Below are positions 34,926-47,042 of a DNA stretch of 64,000 nt, piece after piece. The position numbers and the translations under genes were made by a program. Position 1 is the first letter of the stretch, and every line of letters starts with the position of its first letter. Under the pieces are notes generated by a model. It worked only from the letters and a program-made list of their open reading frames with translations. It ran no database searches and was not told the DNA's origin. The stretch comes from Squalus acanthias (lineage: Eukaryota): assembly GCA_030390025.1 (NCBI GenBank), contig CM059432.1:4154001-4218000 (forward strand), in the 5' to 3' direction.

Positions 34926-37465
34926 AGCCTCCACAGCTCTCTGGGGCAGAGAATTCCACAAATTTCTGACCCTCTGAGAGAAGAAGTTCCTCCTCATCTC
35001 AGTTCTAAAAGGGCGACCCTTTATTCTAAAACTGTGCACCCGAGTTCTAGATTTACCCATGAGGGGAAACATCCTCTCTGCATCTACTCTGTCGAGCCCC
35101 CTCTGTATCTTATACGTTTCGATAAGATCACCTCTCATTCTTCTAAATTCCAATGTGTAGAGGGCCAGCCTGCTCAACCTTTCCACATAAGTCAAACCCC
35201 TCATCTCTGGAATTAACCTAGTGAATCGTCTCTGAACTGCCTCCAATGCAAGTATATCCTTCCTTAAATAAGACCAAAACTGTATGTAGTACTCAAGGTG
35301 TGGTCTCACCAATACCTTGTACAGTTGTAGCAGGGCTTCCCTGCTTTTATACTCCAACCCCTTTGAAATAAAGGCCAACATTCCATTTGCTTTTTGATTA
35401 CTTGCTGTACCTGCATGCTAACTTTTTGTGTTTCATGCACAAGAACACCCAGGTCCCTCTGAACTGTAGCATTTTGTAATCTCTCTCCATTTAAATAATA
35501 GTTTGCTTTTTTATTTTTCCTGCCAAAGTGGATAACCTCACACTTTCCCACATTATACTCCATCTGCCAAATGTTTGCCCACTCACTTAGCCTGTCTATA
35601 TCCCTTTGCAGATTCTTTGAATCCTCTGCACAACTTGCTTTCCCACCCATCTTTGTATCATCTGCAAACTTGGCTACATTACACTCGGTCCCTTCATCCA
35701 AGTCATTAATGTAGATTGTAAATAGTTGGGGCCCCAGCACCGATCCTTGTGGCACCCCACTAGTTACCGTTTGTCAACCAGACAATGACCCATTTATCCC
35801 GACTCTCTGCTTTCTGCTAGTTCGTCAATTCTCTATCCATGCTAATATATTACCCCCAACTTCGTGAGCTCTTATCTTATGCAGTAACCTTTTATGTGGC
35901 ACCTTATTGAATGCCTTCTGGAAATCCAAATACACCACATCCACTGGCTCACCCTTGTCCACCCTACTTGTTACATCCTCAAAGAACTCCAGCAAATTTG
36001 TTAAACATGATTTCCCTTTCCTAAAACCATGCTGACTCTGTTTGACTGCAGTATGTTTTTCTGAATGCCCTGCTACTGCTTCCTTAATGAAGGACTCCAG
36101 CATTTTCCCAATGACAGATGTTAGGCTAACTAGTCTATAGTTTCCTGCTTTCTGTCTCCCTCCTTTCTTAAATAGGGGTGTTACATTAGCGGTTTTCCAA
36201 TCCGCTGGGACCTCTCCAGAGTCCAGGGAATTTTGGTATATTGTAACCAATGCATCCACTATCTCTGCAGCCACTTCTTTTAAGACCCTGGAATGCAGGC
36301 CATCTGGTCCAAGGGACTTGTCATCTTTTAGTCCCATTATTTTACAGAGTACTATTTCCTTTAGTTGTCTTTAGTTCCCCACTCCCTGTGGCCCCTTGAT
36401 TATCCATTATTGAGATGTTGTTAGTGTCTTTTACAGTGAAGACAGATGCAAAATATTTGTTCAGAGTCTCTGCCATTTCCCTGTTCCCCATTATTAATTC
36501 CCCAGTTCATCCTCTAAGGGACCAACGTTTACTTTAGCTACTCTCTTCCTTTTTATATACCTGTAGAAGCTCTTACTATCTGTTTTAATGTTTCTTGCCA
36601 GCTTACTCTCATAATTCATCTTCTCTCTCTTTATTATTTTTTTAGTCATCCTTTGCTGGTTTTTAAAAATTTCCCAATCCTCTGGTCTCCCACCAATCTT
36701 GGCAACATTGTATGCCTTTGTTTTCAATTTGATACCATCCTTTACTTCCTTAGTTAGCCACGGATGGTTCATCTTTCTCTTAAAATCTTTCTTTCTCACT
36801 GGAATATATTTTTGTTGAGAGTTATGAAATATCTCCTTAAATGTCCGCCACTGCATTTCAACTTTCTTACCCTTTAATTTGTTTTTCCAGTCCAATTTAG
36901 CCAGTTCTGCCCTCATGTCATTATAATTGCCTTTGTTTATGATCAGGACACTGGTTTGAGATACAACTTTCTCACCCTCCAACTGAATTTGAAATTCAAC
37001 CATGCTATGATCACTCTTTCCTAGAGGATCCTTTACTATGAGATCATTTATTAATTCTGTCTCATTACATAGTACCAGATCCAAGATAGCCTGCTCCCTG
37101 GTTGGTTCCATTACATACTGTTCTAGGAAAGCATCCCGGATGCACTCTATGAAATCCTCCTCCAGGCTGCCATGTCCAATTTGATTTGTCCAATCAATAT
37201 GGAGATTAAAATCACCCATGATTATTACCGTACCTTTTTTACAGGCCTCCATTATTTGTTGATTTATACTCTGTCCAACAGCATTGCTACTGTTCGGGGA
37301 CCTGTAGACTACGCCCACCAGAGACTTTTTCCCCTTATTATTTTTTATCTCCACCCAAACTGATTCTACATCTTGATCTCCTGAGCTAATATCACTGCTC
37401 AACTCTGCACTGATCCCATCTTTTACCAACAAAGCCACCCCACCTCCCTTTCCTTTCTTGACGTA

Positions 37466-37568
37466 ACCATTTGTAACTTTACCTGAGGAAGGGGCGACAG
37501 CTCCGAAAGCTTGTAATTTTAAATAAATCTGTTGGACTATAACCTGGTGTTGTGCGACTTCTCATTTT
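37466..37568 (+). mobile_element. Second Penelope-type terminal fragment with 12-bp TSD
   Basis: tttcttgacgta at 37454-37465 and 37569-37580; contains a hammerhead motif followed by aataaa. Confidence 0.72.
37479..37516 (+). ncRNA. Minimal type I hammerhead ribozyme motif (CUU triplet)
   Basis: ttac-CTGAGGA-a-ggggc(gaca)gctcc-GAAA-gctt-gtaa: stem I ttac/gtaa, 5-bp stem II, palindromic AAGCTT stem III. Confidence 0.72.
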
Positions 37569-37571
37569 TTT

Positions 37572-38030
37572 CTTGACGTATGAAGAGAGATTGGGTCGAT
37601 TGGGCTTATATTCGCTAGAGTTTAGAAGAATGAGCGGGGATCTCATTGAATCTTATAAAATTCTAACAGGACTAGACAGACTAGATGCAGGAAGGATGTT
37701 CCTGATGGTCGGGGAGTCCAGAACCAGAGGTCACAGTCTAAGGATAAGGGGTAAGCCATTTAGGACTGAGATGAGGAGGAATTTCTTCACCCAGAGAGTG
37801 GTGAATCTGTGGAATTCTCTACCACAGAAGGCAGTACAGGCCAGTTCATTAAATATATTCAAGAAGGAGTTAGATATATTTCTTAAGGCTAAAGGGATCA
37901 AGGGATATGGGCAGAAAGCAGGGACAGGGTACTGAATTTGGATGATCAGCCATGATCTCATTAAATGGTGGAACAGGCTTGAGGGGCCGAATGGCCTACT
38001 CCTGCTCCTATCTTCTATGTTTCTATGTTT
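37572..38030 (+). mobile_element. CR1 3' end inserted antisense into the endonuclease domain of CR1 copy A
   Basis: LTYEERLGRLGLYSLEFRR...; host frame IIRKDR|RKGKGGGVALL is split around it. Confidence 0.87.
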
Positions 38031-38385
38031 CGATCCTTCCGAATTATCATATACCCTGGAATATTCAGTTCCCAGCCCTGGTTGCCTTGCAACCACGTCT
38101 CTGTAATGGTGATCAGACCATACCCATTTGTATCTATTTGTGCCATCAACTCATTTATCTTGTTACGAATGCTGCGTGCATTGAGATATAAAGCTTTTAA
38201 CTTTGTCTTTTTACCATTTTTCATTGTTTTGTCCTTTTTTTCTGTTACACTCTTATTTTTAAACATTCTGTCCCTTCCTGTTAGACTCTGGTTATTATTT
38301 CCCCCATCTCTAGCCTGCTCTATTGCTTTCTCATTTTTCATTGACTTTTTATTTTCCCACTCACCTGGATCCTCCCCCCCACTAT

Positions 38386-39339
38386 TTAGTTTAAAGCCCT
38401 CTCTACAGCCCTGGTTATTCGATTTGCCAGGATTCTAGCCCCAGCATGGTTCAAGTGAAGCCCTTCCAAACGGAACAGCTCCCTCTTATCCCAGTACTGG
38501 TGCCAGTGGCCCACAAATCGAAACCCATTTCTCCCACACCAGTCTTTGAGCCACTCGTTCATTTCTCTGATCTTATTTACCCGATGCAAATTCGCTCGTG
38601 GCTCAGGTGGTAATCCAGAGATTATTACCTTTGTGGTTCTGCTTTTTAATTTAGCCCCTAGCTGCTCATACTCTCTCAGCAGAACCTCTTTCTTTGTCCT
38701 ACCTATTGTCATTGGTGCCTACGTGGACCATGACAACTGGATCTTCCCCCTCCCACTCCAAGTTTCTCTCCAGCCCAGAGGAGATGTCCTTAACCTTGGC
38801 ACCGGGCAGGCAACACAGCCTTCGGGACTCAAGCTCTCGGCTGCAGAGAACAGTATCTATCCCCCCCACTATACTGTCCCCAATCACAACAACATTTCTT
38901 TTTGCTCCCCCCACTTGAATGGCTCCCTGTACCACGGTGCTGTGGTCAGTTTGCTCATCCTCCCTGCAGTCCCTGGCCTCGTCCACACAGGGAGCAAGAA
39001 TCTCGTACCTGTTGGACAAGGCCAAGGGCTGAGGCTCCTCCACCACTACCTCCTGGATCCCAATACCTGCCTCGCTTGTAGTCATACCCTCCTGTCCCTG
39101 ACCATGGGCCAAATTGGAAGTAATTATTCTAGTGGGTGTGACTGCCTCCTGGAACATATGTCCAGGTAACGCTCCCCCTCCCTAATGTGTCGCAGTGTCT
39201 GAAGCTCGGACTCCAGCTCATCAACTCTGAGCCGAAGTTCCTCGAGCAGCCAACATTTGCTGCAGATGTGGTCGCCCTGGACCTCAATGGTGTCCACCAG
39301 CTCCCACATGCAACAACAACACATTGCCTGGTCTCCCAT
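38386..39339 (-). pseudogene. CR1 ORF1 (zinc finger, leucine zipper, SGNH esterase-like), two frameshifts
   Basis: C..C.MWE...C.KC..LEELRLRVDELESEL; VVVIGDSIV; VMVHVGTND; GLHLN across ORFs 39124-39339, 38699-39157, 38386-38712. Confidence 0.85.
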
Positions 39340-39544
39340 CTCAATTAATTAAGTAGTTTTAAAATTTGGAACACTTATATCTTTTAATCTACACCAAGGC
39401 AATTAAATTTAGATGCTCAAGTTTGGAAAAAAAGCAAGAAATAGAGAAATACTCACCAACCAATCACTTACCTGCTTTCTGGTGACGTCAGACTTCGATG
39501 ACTTTTTACTTCTTTACACTCACCGGTCCGTTGTATCTCAGCGT

Positions 39545-39623
39545 CTCCCGCTGCTTTTGAACTCTCCCGGGTTTTGGCGCTCTCGCTCTGCTCCCGCTGC
39601 TTTTGAACTCTCCCGGGTTTTGG
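39545..39623. repeat. 33-bp direct repeat (46-bp period) at the CR1 5' end
   Basis: ctcccgctgcttttgaactctcccgggttttgg at 39545 and 39591. Confidence 0.9.
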
Positions 39624-39759
39624 AGATAGTGCAGGAAAGTGGAGTTGAGGTAGAAGGTCAGCCATGATCTTATTGAATGGCGGAGCAGGCTCGAGGGGCC
39701 GAATGGCCGACTCCTTTCTTATCTTTACGCCGTAGTGTTTCTAATTCATTCACTGGTTT

Positions 39760-40228
39760 TCATAATGATACCGGGGCTAAAAGGGTTAAATTATGAGGAC
39801 AGGTTGCACAGACTGGGCTTGTATTCCCTCGAGTATAGAAGATTAAGATGTGAACTAATTGAGGTGTTTAAGATGATTAAAATATTTAATAGATAATGAG
39901 ATACTATTTCCTCTGGCAGGGGAATCCAGAACAAGGGGGCGTAACCTTAAAATCAGAGCTAGGCCGTTCAGGGGTGATGTCAGGAAGCACTTCTTCACAC
40001 AAAGGGTAGTGGAAATCTGGAACTCTCTCCCCCAAAAAGCTGTTCAGGCTGGGGGTCAATTGAAAATTTCAAAACTGAGTTCGATAGATTTTTGTTTGGT
40101 AAGGGCATTGAGGGTTACGGAACCAAGGCGGGTAAGTTGAGTTAAGATACAGATCAGCCAGGATCTCATTGAATGGCGGAACAGGCTCGAGGGGCTGAAT
40201 GGCCTCCTCCTGTTCCTATGTTCCTATG
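39760..40228 (+). mobile_element. CR1 LINE 3' end, decayed
   Basis: gggttaaattatgaggacagg...gcacttcttcacacaaagggtagtggaaatctggaactc plus CR1 UTR. Confidence 0.8.
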
Positions 40229-40608
40229 TAATGCCATCACCTTCTCCAAACCTTATAACACTTCCTTTCCAGAGGTGACTGTCATTTTCCTCCAGAACAC
40301 CTATGTTGCTAGTTTTTCTGACGCCCCCACTATCCAGAGCAATGCTAATAAGAAATTAAATTTCAATTAGAAAAAAGCTCAGATTTGACAAGAATTATTC
40401 ATTACATTTTCATACCAGACTCACAATGTTTTAATTTTTTTAAAAAACAGCCTACAAAATGAGAAAACGTTAATATCCCCAGTTGCAAAATACATACGGT
40501 CGCACTGCACCGTGTGTCATTAAATACAATGCAGTTAATCTGACTATTTAATGGCTTGTTACACAGAATGGTGCTCAGAAGCACAAATTAAGAATACGCC
40601 TAATAATG

Positions 40609-41203
40609 CGGTCTCCTCTACACTGGGGAGACCAAACACAGATTGGGTGACCGCTTTGCGCAACACCTTCGTTCAGTCCGTAAGGGTGACCCCGAGCTTC
40701 CGGTCGCCTGTCACTTCAATTCTCCGCTCCACTCCCACTCTGGTCTCTCCGTCCTCGACCTCCTACACTGTTCCAACGAAGCTCAACGTAAGCTCGAGGA
40801 GCAGCACCTCATCTTTCTATTAGGCACTTTACAGCCTTCTGGACTCAACATCGAGTTCAACAATTTCAGATCATAACCTCTGCCCCCAAGTTTTTGGACG
40901 GCAGCTGTTGTTGATGATTCTGCAATTTGCATTGACACCTCCTCTAGACTCATCCTTTGTTTCTTTACTTGTCCCATTACCATCCCCTTTCACCTCACAC
41001 CATCATCCCTTTTGTCATTTAATCTCTCCCTGCCTTCCACCCTATCGCGGACCTTCCCTTTTGTTCTTTCCTCCCCTCCCCGCCTTTCTCTAACATTTTC
41101 CAGTTCTGACGAAGGGTCACCGACCTGAAACGTTGACTCTGTCTCTCTCTCTCCGCAGATGCTGCCCGACCTGCCGAGTATTTCCAGCATTTTCTGTTTT
41201 TAT
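40609..41203 (+). mobile_element. Penelope-like element 3' end: GIY-YIG C-terminus and terminal repeat
   Basis: GLLYTGETKHRLGDRFAQHLRSV...PVACHFNS...EEQHLIFLLGTLQPSGLNIEF*, contiguous with the hammerhead-bearing repeat. Confidence 0.88.
41102..41138 (+). ncRNA. Minimal type I hammerhead ribozyme motif (GUU triplet)
   Basis: agtt-CTGACGA-a-gggtc(acc)gacct-GAAA-cgtt-gact: 4-bp stem I, 5-bp stem II, palindromic AACGTT. Confidence 0.72.
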
Positions 41204-41267
41204 TTAAGAATACGCTTGTTTGAACAGACATCAGCCAGGAGAGCAACTGGGGTATTAAATGAAACTA

Positions 41268-41515
41268 GCTCAGGGGTGATGTCAGGAAGCACGTCCTCAC
41301 TCAAAGGGTGGTGGAAATCTGGAACTCTCTTCCCCCAAAAAGCTGTTGAGGCCGGGGGCCAATTGAAAATTTCAGAACTAAGATTGATAAATATTTATTA
41401 GGTAAGGGATATGGAACCAAGGCAGAGTTGAGATACAGGCCAGCAATGATCTAATTGAATGGCGGGACAGGTTCGAGGGGTTGAATGGCCTCCTCCTGTT
41501 CATATTTTCCTATGA
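41268..41515 (+). mobile_element. CR1 3' end fragment
   Basis: Homologous to 39968-40228. Confidence 0.72.
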
Positions 41516-41614
41516 CCTCCTAATCCTCGCATCAGACTCTCCAGTCAAAGAAGGGGAAAAATCAGCCTAAGATTCCCAGTCCTGATTGGGCCTCCTATTG
41601 GAAAGTGGAACATT

Positions 41615-42090
41615 GGGAACACAGGAACGGGAGGAGGCCATTCAGCCCCGCGAGCCTGTTCCGTCATTCAATGAGATCATGGCTGATCTGCGACCTAACT
41701 CCATATACCCGCCTTTGCCCCATATCCCTTAATACCTTTGGTTAACAAAAATCTATCAATCTCAGATTTAAAATTAACAATTGATCTAGCATCAATTGCT
41801 GTTTGCGGAAGATAATTCCAAACTTCTACCACCCTTTGTGTGTAGAAGTGTTTCCTAATTTCACTCCTGAAAGGTCTGGCTCTAATTTTCAGACTATGCC
41901 TCCTAGTCCTAGAATCCCCAACCAGTGGAAATAGTCTCTCTCTATCTACCCTATCTGTTCCCCTTAATAGCCTGAAAACTTTGATCAGATCACCCCTTAA
42001 CCTTCTAAATTCTGGGGAATACAACCTTAGTTTGTGTAATCTCTCCTCGCAACTTAACCCTTGAAGTCCAGGTAGTTGGTGAAGGCAGGA
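41615..42090 (-). mobile_element. CR1 3' end
   Basis: YSPEFRRLRGDLIKV...FYTQRVVEVWNYLP. Confidence 0.82.
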
Positions 42091-42520
42091 TTATGTTTGG
42101 TTGCCATGGCCGCCAAGATTGAAAAGTCTGCCAAAAGCTGAAGGGGGTGGGGGGGGGGGAGATTTTCCACTGCTGTCCTCCTTGACCCATGATTTTCCAC
42201 TCGGAACGGGTGGAAACTTGCTGACTGGGAATCGCAGAGGTGGAAAATCCCAAACTCTTTGTTTAGCTTTTCCACGTGAACACTTTTCCACTTGCACACC
42301 AGCAGGAATCATTGCTCCCAGCAGAGGACAGAGGTAGATTGGTAGTGACGTGGCCTAACTGGAACAAATTGGCTTTGGATAAAATGCACGGTAATGCTTA
42401 CTTGGAAATTTGGGGAAAAGTTCAGTAAAATTCACTTAAAGTAACAAGTCAGCATCGAACTACTGTTACCAAAGACAATCCAAAACTTGGATGCAGATTG
42501 GAAGTCAAAGCAGACTTTTT

Positions 42521-42913
42521 TAACATAAGATACATAAGAATTAGGAGCAGGAGTCGGCCATTCGGCCCCTCGAGCCTGCTCCGCCATTCAATAAGATCAT
42601 GGCTGATCATCGACCTCAACTCCACTTTCCCGCCCGATCCCCATATCCCTTGATTCCTCTAGAGTCCAAAAACCTATCGATCTCAGCCTTGAATATATTC
42701 AAAGACTGAGCATCCACATCCCTCTGGGGCAGAGAATTCCAAAGATTCACCACCCTCTGAGTGAAGAAATTCCTCCTCATCTCAGTCCTAAAAGGCCGAC
42801 CCCTTATCCTGAGACTGTGACCCCTAATTCTGGACTCTCCAGCCAGAGGAGACAACCTCTCAGCATCTAACCTGTCAATCCCTCTCAAAATCTTATATGC
42901 TTCAATGAGATCA
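42521..42913 (-). mobile_element. CR1 3' end
   Basis: RGIDRLDAERL...FFTQRVVNLWNSLPQ...GKWS plus ttcttatg tail. Confidence 0.85.
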
Positions 42914-43100
42914 TGTGCAATTCATTGGTAAGGACATTAAAGAGCAAGTCAAAAACAGTTAATCTACCAAGCCCATGCCCCCAACACATCAAATGCAGTC
43001 TTCTCTATCTTGGACTATAACCACCTGGAAATAGCGAGCTGGAAGACTACACATAGCAGGATTTTGAGCATTTCCCTTCCTTTGCTGTTTCTAACTCTTT

Positions 43101-43987
43101 GGGGGAAAATTCGGTTGCATTGCGCCTCTCGTTAGCGGCCTAAGAGGGCGCTAATGGGGTGCAAAGCAACTAGCGCCCGGGCGCGGCAATGTTTGCACTG
43201 CTCGTGAAATTGACCAGACATTTTGCGGCGGCGCTAAACACTACCGCCATGATCTCCTGCACCGGCAGATCGTGACGTCAGTCGAGCGTGCAACGCCCCA
43301 GTAGCGCCCCGGACCGGATATTGAGTGGTGCCCCCTGCCTTACCGCCTGCCGCTAGCAATGACAGGTTGAGGGGAGTGTTTTGCAGTCAGGAAGGGACTG
43401 GGGGAGCGCTATTTAAAGGCGACTGCTTCCTGCCTTTTTTTGTCAGCGACATTTTTGCACGCATTCTGAGAGAGAGAGAGAGAGACTTCTGGAGAGATTC
43501 AATGCTGTGTTGAGGAGTTTTGGGTATGGAGCAACACTTTGCAGATTTTGATTTGACCTTCCTTGCATCGATTTAGAAGAGATTGTGGGGGCTGCACTCT
43601 GAGCTCTTTCCCTGGTTCTCTCCATTGTTCTTTCCAGCAGATTTGATGTACAGGTCTCTCCAGGCTGAGATTCAAGGCTGCAATGAGCAGGGTGTGGATG
43701 GAGAGCAAGATCGACCCTCCCCTTTAAGAACTGGCTGGCGCCAGTGTGTCTGTGTTCCATTGCTGACTGACATCACATGAGCTTCGCCAGCACTCTGAGG
43801 TAGCGCCTCGCTCCTCGGCGTTAGCGCCTTAAGAGAGGTGTGTAGCGCCTGATTTAGCACTCCAATCGCCTCCAGGGGCGATAGAAGCCAAGTTTGCAGT
43901 CGGAGGCGATAATTAGCGCCAGGCGCCAAACTTTGCGCCCGGCCGATAATTGCGCCCCAAATGGGACGATACCGAATTTCTCCCCCC
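43101..43987 (-). mobile_element. Harbinger family A internal-deletion derivative (~0.89 kb)
   Basis: Ends GGGGGAAAATTCGGT ... ACCGAATTTCTCCCCC. Left arm matches the transposase side of 50687-54920 (GA tract, gcgctatttaaag); right arm matches the Myb side including MERTRERA. Confidence 0.88.
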
Positions 43988-44444
43988 TTGACTCTCACAT
44001 GCTCACAAACAAGTGAGCCTGAGCAGGTCGAGGTGGAAAGGATAGCCCTGGAAATGGTTCTGCTGAAGAGGACAGAGATGAAGACTTGAGGAGCCCAGTC
44101 CTTTCAAAGAAAAATGCTTTCTGTGCACCGGCAATTGCTCAACGTTTTGGACTGCATTTCAAGGAGCTTCCAAATCGGTTGGAAAGCATGAAGGAGACCA
44201 GAACCAATTGGTGCGGGATTCTTGTGTGAGACACTGACACCAATGTTCCCTCTGAGCTGCGCGGCCGGGCAGCTACGCAGCAATGGGAAAGGTCCCGCGC
44301 AGGCCGCTCACCGGCTTCTCCATTGTAAGTACCCCGCGTGCGTGGAAATTTAAAGGGACCGCGCAGTAAAAGAAACAGGCTGCGCGGAACAAAGCGAAGC
44401 TTACAGGGAACATTGACTGACACCGTGTAATCCTCAATGATGGA

Positions 44445-44638
44445 GGCTATTCTACGGCGAGTGTCTCACCGTCTGACTCCCCAAAGCATCTTCACCATCT
44501 ACAAGGCACAAGTCAGGAGTGTGATGGAATACTCTCCACTTGCCTGGATGAGTGCAGCTCCAACAACACTCAAGAAGCTCGACACCATCCAGGGCAAAGC
44601 AGCCCGCTTGGTTGGCACCCCATCCACCACCTTAAACT
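44445..44638 (+). mobile_element. Second-family LINE fragment
   Basis: LTPQSIFTIYKAQVRSVMEYSPLAWMSAAPTTLKKLD. Confidence 0.8.
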
Positions 44639-45249
44639 TTCCTCTTACAATCACAATCTTCGATGCCTCTACAAAGGGCCCTCTCATTTACCTCCTTCCA
44701 AAGCTGAAGAGTCACAGGTTTTTTCAGCCTGTGCTCCTAACTCCTGGATCTGACGCCAGAGATCAGCCTCGTGGCCTTTCTCCGCACAGCTCCCAGAGTT
44801 TGAATATTTCCCTCGTGCCTTGGTTACCAGAACTGAATGAAGTGCTCAAGAGCGTGGCCACAATATGTGGAATGTTTCACAACTTTTCTTGTGCAGGGTC
44901 CGCACTAATCTTCTCTGCATTGTTTCGATTTTAGTGCATGCGCTGTCGAAGTGAACATTATTAAACTTGCTTACAGGGAGGTCACGATGGATCTTAGTGC
45001 CAAATATCCCAGCTGTGATTCTTTTATCTTTGCAAAACATGGCTTTGGCAGGAGCTTTTAGGAAGAAGCATTGACTGGTAGCTGGATGCCCGGTGATAAA
45101 CCACCCAGATTCTGGAATGTCCACGACTTTGGCTTCGTTCTGCAAACTTAGTGCAATTTTATTCTTTCTTATGCGACCGAGGAAATGGTCAAAGCTTATG
45201 GTTGATTCTCAGACTAAACCTGCAAACAGGAATACAAGTTAGGTGTAAT

Positions 45250-46300
45250 TCATAGAATCATAGAATGATACAGCACAGAAGGAGGCCATTCGGCCCATCG
45301 TGCCTGTGCCGGCTCTTTGAAAGAGCTCTCCAATTAGTCCCACTCCCCCACCCCCTGCTCTTTCCCCATATTCCGGCCAAATTTTTTCCCTTCAAGTATT
45401 TATCCAATTCTCTTTTGAATGTTACTATTGAATCTGCTTCCACCGCCCTTTCAGGCAGCGCATTCCAGATCAGAACAACTCGGTATGTAAAAAAAGGTTT
45501 CCTCATGTCGCCTCTGGTTCTTTTGCCAATCACCTTCAATCTGTGTCCTCTGGTTACTGACCTTTCTGCCACTGGAAACAGTTTCTTCTTATTTACTCTA
45601 TCAAAACCCCTTCATGATTTTGAACACCTCTATCAAATCTCCCCTTAACCTTCTCTGCTCTAAGGAGAACAATCCCAGTTTCTCCAAGCTCTCCACATAA
45701 CTATAATCCCTCATCCCTGGTAGCATTCCAGTAAATCTCCTCTGCACCCTCTCCAAGGCCTTGACATAGAATCATAGAATGGTTACAGCACGGAAGGAGG
45801 CCATTTGGCCCGCCGAGCCCGTGCCGGCTCTCTGCAAGAGCACTTCAGCCAGTCCCACACCCCCGCCCTTTCCCCGTAGCCCTGCTAGGACATCTTGTGT
45901 ACAAAATTATGAGGGGCATAGATAGGGTAGATAGAAAGGAACTTTTCCCCTTAGTAGAGGGGTCAATAACCAGGGGGCATAGTTTCAAGGTAAGGGGCAG
46001 GAGGTTTAGAGGGGATTTGAGGAAAAACTTTTTCACCCAGAGGGTGGTTGGAATCTGGAACTTACTGCCTGAAAGGGTGGCAGAGGCAGGAACCCTCACA
46101 ACATTCAAGAAGCATTTAGATGAGCACTTGAAACGCCATAGCATACAAAGCTACGGACCAAGTGCTGGAAAATGGGATTAGAATAGACAGGGCTTGATGG
46201 CCGGCGCGGACACGATGGGCCGAAGGGCCTCTTTCTGTGCTGTATAACTCTATGACTCTATGACTATCCTTCCTAAAGTGTGGTGTCTAATTGAGCACAT
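45250..46300. mobile_element. CR1 nest: minus copy 45250-45763 (resumes ~46267), minus tail 45764-45885, plus copy 45896-46266
   Basis: CR1 C-terminal motifs on both strands; ccttgaca|tccttcctaaagtgtggtg continuity across the inserts. Confidence 0.78.
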
Positions 46301-46578
46301 GCGTTACACACAAATGGGGAAAGACGTTGAAAAGGGGTCGTGAATGTTATTGTTTTTAGAAAAGCAAAATTGGAAATATCAGCCTGAAAATCCCTGGGAC
46401 CCCGTTCTGCTGGTAGCGGAGAGGAATCTCCATCTGCCCAGTACAAGGCTAGACACTCCAGTCCAAATCCCGGGGACGCGGTCTTTTGCATAGCCAACGC
46501 CGACCGCTGACGGCTGCAAAGGCACATCGGCGGCCGCTGTCGTGGCTTAAACCGATGCGCCATTACTCTTAAGAACAT

Positions 46579-47042
46579 AAAGAAAGACTTACATTTCTAT
46601 AGCGCCTTTCACGACCACCGGACGTCTCAAAGCGCTTTACAGCCAATGAAGTACTTTTTGAAGTGTAGTCACTGTTGTAATGTGGGAAACGCAGCAGCCA
46701 ATTCGCGCACAGCAAGCTCCCACAAACAGCAATGTGATAATGACCAGATATCTGTTTTTGTTATGTGGATTGAGGGATAAATATTGGCCCCAGGACACCA
46801 GAGAGAACTCCCCTGCTCTTCTTCGAAATAGTGCCTTGGGATCTTTTGCGTCCACTTGAGAGAGCAGACGGGACCTTGGTTTAACATCTCATCTGAAAGA
46901 TGGCACCTCTGACAGTGCAGCTCTCCCTCAGCACTGCACTGGGAGTGTCAGCCTAGCTTTATGTTGCTGGAGTGGGACTTGAGCCCACAACCTTCTGACT
47001 CAGAGACAAGTGTGCTACCAACTGAGACACAGCTGACAGCTG
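46579..47042 (-). mobile_element. Deu-domain tRNA-SINE
   Basis: Reverse complement of the 2352-2822 family, full length. Confidence 0.88.

Larger units (their letters stand above)
34925..39623 (-). mobile_element. Near-full-length CR1 copy A (5' UTR, ORF1, APE-RT ORF2), frameshifted; tail at 32975-33157 (+)
   Basis: ORF1 zinc finger and leucine zipper plus GDS..GTND esterase; APE motifs YLNARSIRNK, ITETWL, MGDFN, LDLV, SDH; RT motifs. Confidence 0.92.

Noticed and set aside
42155..42252. Tiny MITE bounded by gagattttccact / ggtggaaaatccc
   Set aside because: The inverted repeat is short and imperfect and no TSD could be found.
44000..44250. Decayed Harbinger Myb C-terminal remnant
   Set aside because: Only vague acidic/coiled-coil resemblance; no ends or in-window homolog to support it.
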